Shown here: positions 26,262-33,457 of the stretch, piece after piece
Layout of the letters: every line of letters starts with the position of its first letter
Position numbering within the stretch: position 1 is the first letter of the stretch
Source: a virus
IMG/VR virus record: IMGVR_UViG_3300012668_000094
Span: 1 to 45,915 of that record
DNA: 45,915 bases
Reading direction: 5' to 3' (one strand)
Position numbers and translations under genes: made by a program
The notes under the pieces: model-generated
The model's input: the letters and a program-made list of their open reading frames with translations, nothing else
Databases searched by the model: none
Told to the model about the DNA's origin: nothing

Positions 26262-26725
26262 TGGGAGGGAGGTGGAGCTCTGTCGTCGAGCTCCACCGAC
26301 CGACTGGAGGGGGTCTAGGAGCCTGGGGCTTCTGGGCCCCAGCTCCTGGCAAGAGCGAAGGCGACCGGTCTTTCGGTCGCTCAGGCTGGAGCCTTCGCTC
26401 CCTCTGTAAGGGGGTTCACTATGTATTAGCCCCGAGAAGGGTCCCTTTCCCCGTCCAACGGCCAAAGTATTTTTTGAGCCTCTGGAAACATGCAGGTCAG
26501 AGCGATATGCCCGGATCCTGTTCCTACCAAAATTTTCAGAGGGACCTTAGCGTTCGAGCGCAGCGAGGACGCTAACAACGGGGGGTCAAGATGCCTGCCT
26601 CGCCCTCGACGGCACCCCCCGGGGGGGGTGTGACAGCCTGCCTCACCCTCTCGCCCAGCACGGGAGGAGTACGTCCCAACGATGGCAAGACAATGCACGT
26701 TGTAATGCAATAGGTAATGCAATAG

Positions 26726-26763
26726 ACAAAACGAAAGGCCCGAATACATTACATATTCGGGCC
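26726..26763 (-). terminator. intrinsic terminator of the 28478->27003 cassette
   Basis: Perfect 10-bp stem GGCCCGAATA/TATTCGGGCC (26737-63), followed on the minus strand by TTTCGTTTTGT. Confidence 0.8.
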
Positions 26764-27002
26764 AATCGTTGTGGACTTGCTATTCGGTTATTGCTTTCTC
26801 AGGTCTCCCTCCCTCTCTCTCTCTCTCCCTCAAGCCATGATCCTGTAGTGGACACTGTGATGTGTCCTCCCCAATCAGGCCTCTCCCAATCAACCATCTC
26901 CCTTCACCGACTCAAGGATGCGCCGCGTGGCATTGTCCGCCATTGTTTGCGACCCCAGAAGAATGATGATGTCACTCATTCCAATGGGAATGCGTAGGGT
27001 GA

Positions 27003-27998
27003 TCATTGGATCGAGTCGAATTGGATTGTTCCATCCATGGGATAGGGGAGTTCGTTATACAGGATGTCCCGGGCCTCACTGACCGCATGGTCGGAATTAT
27101 CCGACTCCGGCACATCCACGTCCACGTCCACGGTGAAGCGAACCGTGACAGTCGTTGTGTGCGCTTCATCCCATTCCTCGCGCCCCATGAGACCAATCTC
27201 ATCCATGCAGTTCTCGAATTCCCCGCACAGTCCATTCTGCTTGGCGTAGCGGACGGCCGTCGCGTTAGCCTCCTCCTTCCACGCTTCGACGCGAGCACGG
27301 TCACGCGCTAGCGCGGTCTCTACGGCTCTGTCAATGTCCGCTTGAGTGAAGGATGCCGCCACGGTCTCCACGGCGCTCTCAGGTGCCTCTGTGGACTCCT
27401 GAGAGGTCTCGTCGGCCCACCGCACGAACGTGGTGGACGACAGGTCCAGAGCGCCGCGCACCCAGTCGCGCTCGCGCCCGGCGTCGTCGTGCGACCTCAC
27501 CACGACATAGCGCGGCCCGGACACTGCCGTGTGACTAACCACAGTGGCGTCACCTGCGCTGATGTGATTCCACACCGACCCAAGGGGATAGGCCTCTGTG
27601 ATGGGGAGTGCCTCGCGCGCCGTAGCGTCGTGCTCAATGCGTGGCCGGACCGGAGTAGCGACGGGCGAGACCGGAGTCATGTAGTGCTGTTCGATATTCC
27701 AGCCACGGAAAGTGGCGGACGTATCCAGCGTGTCAGTGAGGTCGTATCCCGCAGGATCCAGTAGCCACATGCCACCCGAGCGCGGATCGGTCTCAGGGAG
27801 GACAACGAGTCCCCAACCCGGACCCATGTCGCGGGAGGGGACCGCGTAGAACGTCCTCTCGTCGTTGGTCGCGTGAGGGTTGGTCCTCATACCGGAGGAT
27901 TCCAGACCGGACGCGAAGAACTCCGGCGAGAGGGTGACGAGAGTGAGTGTTCCATTCTCGAGGGTGAGTGTTTCGGTTGTGCTAGTAGACATGATCAC
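27003..27998 (-). CDS. acidic protein of unknown function (331 aa), cassette gene 2
   Basis: Clean ORF with weaker GC3 bias than the rest of the genome. C-terminal ...TVRFTVDVDVDVPESDNSDH... No motif recognised. Confidence 0.6.
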   Translation of the reverse strand: MIMSTSTTETLTLENGTLTLVTLSPEFFASGLESSGMRTNPHATNDERTFYAVPSRDMGPGWGLVVLPETDPRSGGMWLLDPAGYDLTDTLDTSATFRGWNIEQHYMTPVSPVATPVRPRIEHDATAREALPITEAYPLGSVWNHISAGDATVVSHTAVSGPRYVVVRSHDDAGRERDWVRGALDLSSTTFVRWADETSQESTEAPESAVETVAASFTQADIDRAVETALARDRARVEAWKEEANATAVRYAKQNGLCGEFENCMDEIGLMGREEWDEAHTTTVTVRFTVDVDVDVPESDNSDHAVSEARDILYNELPYPMDGTIQFDSIQ

Positions 27999-28036
27999 TA
28001 TTCCATTCTGTGAAGTGTTTTGCGGATTGTGTTTTG

Positions 28037-28049
28037 TGTCAGTGTTGCG
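28037..28049 (+). promoter_or_regulatory. degenerate motif copy TGTCAGTGTTGCG (antisense to cassette gene 1)
   Basis: 2 mismatches to the consensus. Lies in the 100-nt spacer between the cassette genes. Confidence 0.25.
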
Positions 28050-28097
28050 TGGCGGTCATACAGATAATGACGATGATTACCACAGTGAGAATGTCTG

Positions 28098-28478
28098 TCA
28101 GATATCCTCCAGTATGGTCGGCAGGTCGTCCCATGCGACATCTGAGAGGTCCCCGGGGATGTCCACAACAGCGCCGTAGCACTGGTCCAGTGCCACCATG
28201 TGACCGAGCGCGGCCGCAATCTGGAGGATGTGGAACACGTTGTGAACGAACGTCTCCCCCGCCTCCAGTGAGACTGCACCGCGCGCGACCAGTAGGCCTA
28301 CCTCCGCCATAGCAGGCTCCAGTAGCGCGGCAAGCGCTCCCATCATCTCATCGTCGTCGACGATGGCAGGGAAAGCGACGGCAAGAGTTTCGCACGGTGA
28401 GATGCCGAGGAATTCCCCGAGATCGGCCGACGTGGTGAGTGCTTGCGACCATTCCATGATCGTGTCATGTGTGCTCAT
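28098..28478 (-). CDS. very acidic small protein (126 aa), cassette gene 1
   Basis: ATG 28478 with GGAAGGA RBS. Asp/Glu-rich with almost no Lys/Arg. Confidence 0.6.
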   Translation of the reverse strand: MSTHDTIMEWSQALTTSADLGEFLGISPCETLAVAFPAIVDDDEMMGALAALLEPAMAEVGLLVARGAVSLEAGETFVHNVFHILQIAAALGHMVALDQCYGAVVDIPGDLSDVAWDDLPTILEDI

Positions 28479-28540
28479 TGTTTCGATCCTTCCCAATCCG
28501 GTCCGGCACGGTGCCGGCCCGATACAGACTCAACGCCCTA

Positions 28541-28553
28541 TGCAAGCCTGACA
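28541..28553 (-). promoter_or_regulatory. promoter-like motif TGTCAGGCTTGCA driving the acidic cassette
   Basis: Minus-strand copy ~60 nt upstream of ATG 28478. Confidence 0.55.
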
Positions 28554-28685
28554 CAACCCCATGGCACATCTTCGTTACCAAACCGTGACCCATGTCTAGA
28601 CCAGCCTCGAGATCGGCGTCGAGCGGCGCGCCGCGGGGCGACGGCCCTCGCGCGCGCGCGGGGGGTGGGGGAGGAGGCGCAACGG

Positions 28686-28715
28686 GTCCGCACTGGACCG
28701 CACTGGTCCGCACTG
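28686..28715. repeat. three tandem 10-bp repeats G(T/A)CCGCACTG
   Basis: GTCCGCACTG GACCGCACTG GTCCGCACTG, helically phased, in the divergent control region. Confidence 0.8.
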
Positions 28716-28784
28716 CACATGGTGGAGCCCATGGTCAACCACCGTTACCAAGTCGTGACCTTTGACCGGGAATGGTCTACCATG

Positions 28785-28797
28785 TGTCATGGTTGCA
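28785..28797 (+). promoter_or_regulatory. promoter-like motif TGTCATGGTTGCA driving the early plus-strand operon
   Basis: About 110 nt upstream of ATG 28906. Confidence 0.55.
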
Positions 28798-28905
28798 GCC
28801 TGTATCCCCGGTGGATCTGGCGACAGAGCCACCACCCCCAAGTACCGGGTTCACCGGGGACATCAACCACTACATTTCGGCCGATTTCGGCCAGAGAGAG
28901 GCACC

Positions 28906-29175
28906 ATGACCAACTTCAACCGAACCGTTACGAGCATCGCGCTCGCCTGTCCGCACTGCGGCAGCGACCGCCTCCGTTCCGACGAGGTGGCCACTATCGG
29001 CTATCCCGTCGCCATGTTCCGCGACGAGAGCGGCAACGTCGACGTCGAATACACCGGCGAGGAATACGACACCTTCGATGAGGGCACCGTCTATTCCGGC
29101 GACATCTGGTGCCGCGACTGCGGCGACCAGCTCACCGAGTCCGACCTTGTTTCGGCACAGGAGGTGGACGCATGA
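28906..29175 (+). CDS. zinc-ribbon protein (89 aa)
   Basis: ATG with GAGAGAGG RBS. CPHC...CRDC. Confidence 0.6.
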   Translation: MTNFNRTVTSIALACPHCGSDRLRSDEVATIGYPVAMFRDESGNVDVEYTGEEYDTFDEGTVYSGDIWCRDCGDQLTESDLVSAQEVDA

Positions 29176-29312
29176 AGCGAATCGGGCGGGCCGAGTATCT
29201 GCGGATACTCGACGAGCAGCGATGGGGGGGAAACAAGGACTATGTGACTTGGGTCCGCTTCCCGAGCGGTCACATCCGCTTCTACCTCATGGACGACGAG
29301 GTGGACGCATGA
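29172..29312 (+). CDS. hypothetical early protein (46 aa)
   Basis: ATGA overlap with the upstream stop. MKRIGRAEYLRILDEQRWGG... Confidence 0.5.
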   Translation: MKRIGRAEYLRILDEQRWGGNKDYVTWVRFPSGHIRFYLMDDEVDA

Positions 29313-29584
29313 CCATGTTCTGGACCATGCCCGAGGACGACTGCCTACCGGCAGTCACGCTCTGTGAGCGCCACGCCCTGGAGGCGTCCAACCTGGGAGC
29401 TCCGCTATTCGGCTTCACGGAGCCGTTCAAGACCATGCAGGAGGCCGCGACCATGCTGGACGCAATGGTCGCCACCTTCGGCAACGGAAAGGTGACCTCG
29501 TTCAACTTCCAGACGAGCGAGATCGGCCACTGCGACGAATGCCACCGCGAGATGCAGGCATTCCACCAGGGGGAGGCCGTATGA
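29309..29584 (+). CDS. hypothetical early protein (91 aa)
   Basis: ATGA overlap. C-terminal HCDECH motif. Confidence 0.55.
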   Translation: MTMFWTMPEDDCLPAVTLCERHALEASNLGAPLFGFTEPFKTMQEAATMLDAMVATFGNGKVTSFNFQTSEIGHCDECHREMQAFHQGEAV

Positions 29585-29766
29585 GCCGCAAGGACTACGT
29601 GGCGATTGCTATGGCAATCAACGAGGCGTACAAGATGAGCGACTACCACCCAGAGGCACGCCATGACATGGAGCGGGTCGCAGGGAACATCGCTCGCGTA
29701 TTCGCTGCCAACAATCCCAACTTCGACCGCGACCGCTTCATGGCTGCCTGCGGGGTGGACCAGTGA
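29581..29766 (+). CDS. hypothetical early protein (61 aa)
   Basis: ATGA overlap. Confidence 0.55.
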   Translation: MSRKDYVAIAMAINEAYKMSDYHPEARHDMERVAGNIARVFAANNPNFDRDRFMAACGVDQ

Positions 29767-29975
29767 ACGTCAAGGCCTGCGCGAACTGCTACGACTACGC
29801 CGGGGAGCACGCCCTGTTGGTTCCTGATGGCCGAGCCCAGGGTGGCTGGCGACACAAGGGCGGCACCGTCCGTTGTGCTGGTCAGGAGGACGACCACACC
29901 GACGACCGCGCTGAGCCCATGACCCTCAGCACCGAGGACGCCATCGACTTCGGAATCATCGAGGAGACCGCATGA
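29763..29975 (+). CDS. hypothetical early protein (70 aa, Cys-containing)
   Basis: GTGA overlap. Confidence 0.5.
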   Translation: MNVKACANCYDYAGEHALLVPDGRAQGGWRHKGGTVRCAGQEDDHTDDRAEPMTLSTEDAIDFGIIEETA

Positions 29976-30106
29976 AAGAGCCCTGCGGAGCCACCATGGA
30001 ATCCCTCATGCTCGACAACCACACCCACGCCTGCACTGGCACTCACGACGAGGGCCATCACATGTGTTCGGAATGCCGACGCTATTTCGGAAAGGCCGAC
30101 AATTGA
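29972..30106 (+). CDS. 44-aa Cys/His-rich small protein
   Basis: ATGA overlap. Hand translation: MKEPCGATMESLMLDNHTHACTGTHDEGHHMCSECRRYFGKADN. Not in the track. Confidence 0.45.
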   Translation: MKEPCGATMESLMLDNHTHACTGTHDEGHHMCSECRRYFGKADN

Positions 30107-30108
30107 AC

Positions 30109-30324
30109 GTGCGAATAGAACCAAAGAAGATAAACCGGCTCGCAAGCACCGTAGAAACGGTTACATTCCGAGCCGCTGAATTCTTCGCCCTTTATGTAGA
30201 AAGGGAGGACGAGGAGTTCGGGGGGACATTCTGGGACTGGGTCTCCGACCACGCCACCCTGGACGCGGCATACTCCCGAGCTACCTCGCTCGGGGACGCC
30301 ACCCCGGCAGTAAGGGCAGCCTGA
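30109..30324 (+). CDS. hypothetical early protein (71 aa)
   Basis: GTG 30109 chosen just after the upstream stop. The start is uncertain. Confidence 0.4.
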   Translation: MRIEPKKINRLASTVETVTFRAAEFFALYVEREDEEFGGTFWDWVSDHATLDAAYSRATSLGDATPAVRAA

Positions 30325-30551
30325 TGGACGACCCTGGGGAAACGCCTGGAGACGGGTCCGCACTCAACCCATGGGACCAACTGCCACCCCACCTCCAGGA
30401 GGCGCTCAGAGGGGCCATGGAAGGCCTCTCAGACGCCTTCGGGGACGTCTCACACCCACTCGGTCCACAGCTCCAGCGCATGTGGGAGGTGGCCGACCAG
30501 ATCGAGGCGTATGCACTGAGCAAAGAACAGATTTCGGCCGAAAGGGGATAA
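30324..30551 (+). CDS. hypothetical acidic protein (75 aa)
   Basis: TGATG overlap. Confidence 0.5.
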   Translation: MDDPGETPGDGSALNPWDQLPPHLQEALRGAMEGLSDAFGDVSHPLGPQLQRMWEVADQIEAYALSKEQISAERG

Positions 30552-30565
30552 ACTCAATTCCCTTT

Positions 30566-30591
30566 TAGTTTGCAACAATGCAACCATTACA
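30566..30591. promoter_or_regulatory. internal promoter-like element (TAGTTTGCA on plus; TGTAATGGTTGCA on minus)
   Basis: Imperfect inverted pair GTTTGCA-ACAA-TGCAACC in the 60-nt gap before ATG 30612. Confidence 0.35.
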
Positions 30592-30611
30592 TACAACAGA
30601 AAGGAATACCT

Positions 30612-30917
30612 ATGACAGCACCCATTTCCGACAAGGCGGCTATCCGCCAAGTCATCCGGGCGCTTCGCGCATCGGATCACAAGATCTACGGAGGGCACGA
30701 CGGAGAGGAGGAAGTGACCTACTTCAATGCCAGTGAGGACGACATCATCGGTGATATGACGGCGTGCGACTCCTCGAAACTCTATGTGACCCTGCCTGAT
30801 GGCACGGAAGGCTGGATCCTCTTCGTCCTCGGCAACGAGCCATTCGAGGTCATCTGCGACCACACCACCAACCTGAGCGACGTCCTGGACCCACTGGCCG
30901 AAGCGTGGGAGGAGTGA
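30612..30917 (+). CDS. hypothetical acidic protein (101 aa)
   Basis: ATG with GAAAGGAA RBS. Confidence 0.55.
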   Translation: MTAPISDKAAIRQVIRALRASDHKIYGGHDGEEEVTYFNASEDDIIGDMTACDSSKLYVTLPDGTEGWILFVLGNEPFEVICDHTTNLSDVLDPLAEAWEE

Positions 30918-31108
30918 GTCGAGGCAAAAGCCGCCAGCGCTGGCACTGCCGCGCTTGCGAAAAGACGGCCTTCGGGTCCGAGCACCGAGCGATAGACACG
31001 ATGGTCACACTCCGTGACCAGTCCACTCGTGACGTAGTACCAATCCGCGCCTACCCTTGTCCCTATGGCAATGGGTGGCACCTGACCAAGCAAAAGGAAC
31101 GTGTATGA
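30914..31108 (+). CDS. zinc-ribbon protein (64 aa)
   Basis: GTGA overlap. WHCRAC...YPCPYGNGWHLT. Confidence 0.5.
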   Translation: MSRGKSRQRWHCRACEKTAFGSEHRAIDTMVTLRDQSTRDVVPIRAYPCPYGNGWHLTKQKERV

Positions 31109-31524
31109 CCCAGTTGTATCTCAATCCATACCGCCCCGAGATGGGCGATGCGAGGCCGCTCCGCAAGCTGGCTCGCAACTACCGTGCGACCTACCACCAG
31201 TACCAGAGTCCGCGGGAGCTCCAGACTGCCACGGCCACCGGCCGATGGGTCGGGGTCGAGTCCCGGCTTCCGGGGTCGAAGTCGGCTCACGAGGTCGACT
31301 GGGTTGGACTGATGGATGAGTTCTACGCCCGCACAGACGGCCTGCACATCGTCGTCGGCAGCATGAACCACGGTCTGCCGGGTGACGTGCTCGAGATGAT
31401 GGACTACCTCGTGTACGTCCCTCAATTCGACGACGTGCCCTTCCTGGCGCCGGCCACAGCCGCGGCCATCGTCCTCGATCAGATCTTTGCGACGGTCGCC
31501 AACCGGTCAGGGGTGTTTGGATGA
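31105..31524 (+). CDS. SPOUT (SpoU/TrmH-like) methyltransferase-fold protein, divergent
   Basis: 139 aa. LHIVVGSMNHGLPGDVLEMMDYLVYVP...APATAAAIVLDQI resembles SpoU motifs 2-3. ATGA overlap. Confidence 0.45.
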   Translation: MTQLYLNPYRPEMGDARPLRKLARNYRATYHQYQSPRELQTATATGRWVGVESRLPGSKSAHEVDWVGLMDEFYARTDGLHIVVGSMNHGLPGDVLEMMDYLVYVPQFDDVPFLAPATAAAIVLDQIFATVANRSGVFG

Positions 31525-31880
31525 GCGAGCCGTACTTGATGCCCTGCGGCCACACCGTGCAGATCCCCCATGGCGGCTCAGCCAAGTGCGAGCCGTGCGC
31601 AGCCCTAGCCGGGTATCTGAATGAGCAAGTCGCACGCTCCGACGCCGCCCTGCGTACTGCACCCCCGCCCCCACCGCGAACGGAGATGACCGTGGCTGAG
31701 CAGTTCCCCTACGCCACACGGTGCTGCCCCGGCGACGGGTCGATGGCTCACGTCCGCGGGTGCGTCAACCACCCAGAAGCCGCACGCATGACCGCCGAGC
31801 AGACCTCAGCCGGCAAGCAGCCCCCGCCGAGGCCCAAGCGGCCGATGGAGGACAGCCCCTACCGAGGAGAGTCGCGATGA
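31521..31880 (+). CDS. Cys-rich protein with Pro-rich linker (119 aa)
   Basis: ATGA overlap. Confidence 0.5.
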   Translation: MSEPYLMPCGHTVQIPHGGSAKCEPCAALAGYLNEQVARSDAALRTAPPPPPRTEMTVAEQFPYATRCCPGDGSMAHVRGCVNHPEAARMTAEQTSAGKQPPPRPKRPMEDSPYRGESR

Positions 31881-32227
31881 ACGAAGAAGAAGTATTCATC
31901 GCAGGCTGGCTGGCCGGAGCCGAGTGGTTCGAGGGCTCATGGCTAGAGGCCACCAGCACTGCAAACGCTAAGACGTCGTACGCGGAGTGGCGAGCACGCC
32001 GCGAGGTCGAGGAACTGGCAGCACAGCGAGACGACTCGCTGCGGAGGTTGTCTGACGGCCACCTCACGAACGCCGAACTGCGGGCGCGGCTCGGGGCGGT
32101 GGAGGCGCTGGCGGAGGAGCCTGTCGTCTGGCCGTATGTGTGGCAACTCCACGAGTGGTGGAAGTGGCACGACCGCCTCCGTGCCGCTCTCGCCAACCCC
32201 AGCGCCGCGCAGGGGGAGGCCCCGTGA
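31877..32227 (+). CDS. hypothetical Trp-rich helical protein (116 aa)
   Basis: ATGA overlap. The longer track ORF is trimmed. Confidence 0.5.
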   Translation: MNEEEVFIAGWLAGAEWFEGSWLEATSTANAKTSYAEWRARREVEELAAQRDDSLRRLSDGHLTNAELRARLGAVEALAEEPVVWPYVWQLHEWWKWHDRLRAALANPSAAQGEAP

Positions 32228-32538
32228 ATCCGACCAAGAAGGAGATCACCGCCGTGGTCGAGCTTCTCGAGCAGGACTGGGAGACACCCGAGGAGCTGGC
32301 CAAGGCTGTCATTGCAGCCGTGGATGACGCTCGCGTTGAGCGCACCACGTACGTCGCGGTGCTCCAATTCGGGAAGGCCAAGCCGGTCTGGTATGCGGGG
32401 CTCGGGCCCTACGCCGGTGCAACGTCGGCACGTAACGCCGCCAAGAGATTCCCCGGCTCCTCTGTTGCTACGGTGATTGCCGTGGTTCCATTGAGGTCAC
32501 CGGAGATGGTTGAGCAACAACTCAGGGAGACGGCATGA
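32224..32538 (+). CDS. hypothetical protein (104 aa)
   Basis: GTGA overlap. Confidence 0.5.
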   Translation: MNPTKKEITAVVELLEQDWETPEELAKAVIAAVDDARVERTTYVAVLQFGKAKPVWYAGLGPYAGATSARNAAKRFPGSSVATVIAVVPLRSPEMVEQQLRETA

Positions 32539-32669
32539 ATATTGTCATAGGCATCGGCGTGCTCTTGGGCTTCTTCCTGATGGTCACGGATCCATACCTC
32601 ATCACCTGGGGCCTCATCATCTTCGCGTGTGTCGCCGGTACGGCCGAGTGGTCGAAGAGGTTCAGGTGA
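32535..32669 (+). CDS. 44-aa membrane protein (2 TM)
   Basis: ATGA overlap. MNIVIGIGVLLGFFLMVTDPYLITWGLIIFACVAG... Not in the track. Confidence 0.5.
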   Translation: MNIVIGIGVLLGFFLMVTDPYLITWGLIIFACVAGTAEWSKRFR

Positions 32670-32905
32670 CGAAGGTTCAGCACACCGCACGCCTCCACGA
32701 GGAGAGCGTGCAGAAGATCGCTCAAGGTCGACCTGCCTTCGATTTTCGTGGCCGACCCCTGCAACAACGCCACGCAACCAGCAAGTGGTCCGTGACCGTG
32801 TTTCCGCTCGTGATGGAAACAGCACGCCGGCTCCAGCGACCCGGCACAACCATCCGCATCATCAACGAGGGCGAAGTCCTCATCATCAACAAGGAGAATA
32901 GATAG
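32666..32905 (+). CDS. hypothetical protein (79 aa)
   Basis: GTGA overlap. Confidence 0.45.
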   Translation: MTKVQHTARLHEESVQKIAQGRPAFDFRGRPLQQRHATSKWSVTVFPLVMETARRLQRPGTTIRIINEGEVLIINKENR

Positions 32906-33207
32906 TGGCTCAGAAGATCAGCGTCGTCCTGGTGGACGACCTCGATGGCAGTGAGGCTCACGAGACCGTGAGCTTCGGTCTCGATGGGGCAACCTACGAG
33001 ATCGACCTCAACAAGGCCAACGCCCAGGACCTCCGGATCGGACTGGCGCCCTTCCAGGCTGTCGCCCGAGTGACATCCAAGGCACCGAAGTCCGGCCCAT
33101 CCAAGACGCGCCTCGTGCGCGAGTGGGCCCGAGAGATCGGCCTGGACGTATCGAGCCGTGGAACCATCCCGGCCGAGATCGTGCAGCAGTATGAGGCTGC
33201 TCACTAG
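32905..33207 (+). CDS. lsr2: Lsr2-family nucleoid-associated protein (xenogeneic-silencer type)
   Basis: N-terminal KISVVLVDDLDGSEAHETVSFGLDGATYEIDL. C-terminal REWAREIGLDVSSRGTIPAEIVQQYEAA matches the Lsr2 dimerisation and RGR-type DNA-binding regions. Confidence 0.85.
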   Translation: MAQKISVVLVDDLDGSEAHETVSFGLDGATYEIDLNKANAQDLRIGLAPFQAVARVTSKAPKSGPSKTRLVREWAREIGLDVSSRGTIPAEIVQQYEAAH

Positions 33208-33221
33208 AGCACAACGAAAGA

Positions 33222-33262
33222 AGACCCCCGCCTCTCATACAGGCGGGGGTCTTCGTGTGTGT
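33222..33262. terminator. bidirectional intrinsic terminator between convergent operons
   Basis: AGACCCCCGCCT-N7-AGGCGGGGGTCT followed by TCGTGTGTGTG. Confidence 0.75.
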
Positions 33263-33277
33263 GAATGCAATGGCTTC

Positions 33278-33457
33278 TTACTGCCGCAATGAACGCAACA
33301 GCTTCATGCGTACGGCGATCAGGGCGACGATGGCTTGGTCCAGGTCGTCCGTGACGTCGTGCTCATCCGAGCTGCGGAGCTCGGGGTGCTGACGGATCTG
33401 GGACTCGAGCGAGCGGATGAACGCGCCGAGCTCGGTGATGAACTCATGACTCAGCAT
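33278..33457 (-). CDS. hypothetical helical acidic protein (59 aa)
   Basis: ATG 33457 shares a base with the upstream stop (TGATG). Alternative ATG at 33469. Confidence 0.45.
   Translation of the reverse strand: MLSHEFITELGAFIRSLESQIRQHPELRSSDEHDVTDDLDQAIVALIAVRMKLLRSLRQ

Noticed and set aside
26791-26997. 68-aa plus-strand ORF and a 29-aa minus-strand ORF in the spacer between gene 27003..27998 and its terminator
   Set aside because: There are no convincing RBSs. The plus ORF runs through the polypyrimidine tract (Ser/Leu/Pro repeats). The minus mini-ORF cannot be distinguished from noise.
28686-28715. Tandem repeats as a CRISPR array (also considered for 5166..6014 and 26155..26261)
   Set aside because: The 28686 unit is 10 bp with no spacers. 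The 5166 array is in-frame coding repeats. The GGGGAACC copies are 8 bp. None has repeat-spacer architecture and no cas genes are present apart from a stand-alone Cas4-like nuclease typical of phage recombination modules.
33257-33275. GTGTGTGAATGCAATGG after the lsr2 terminator and GGGTGGTTGCACC at 43366..43380 as further motif copies
   Set aside because: Spacing or key positions (hexamer A2, TGn) do not fit the 13-nt consensus, so they were not counted. Partial coding matches at 2925, 39486 and 40843 were likewise excluded.
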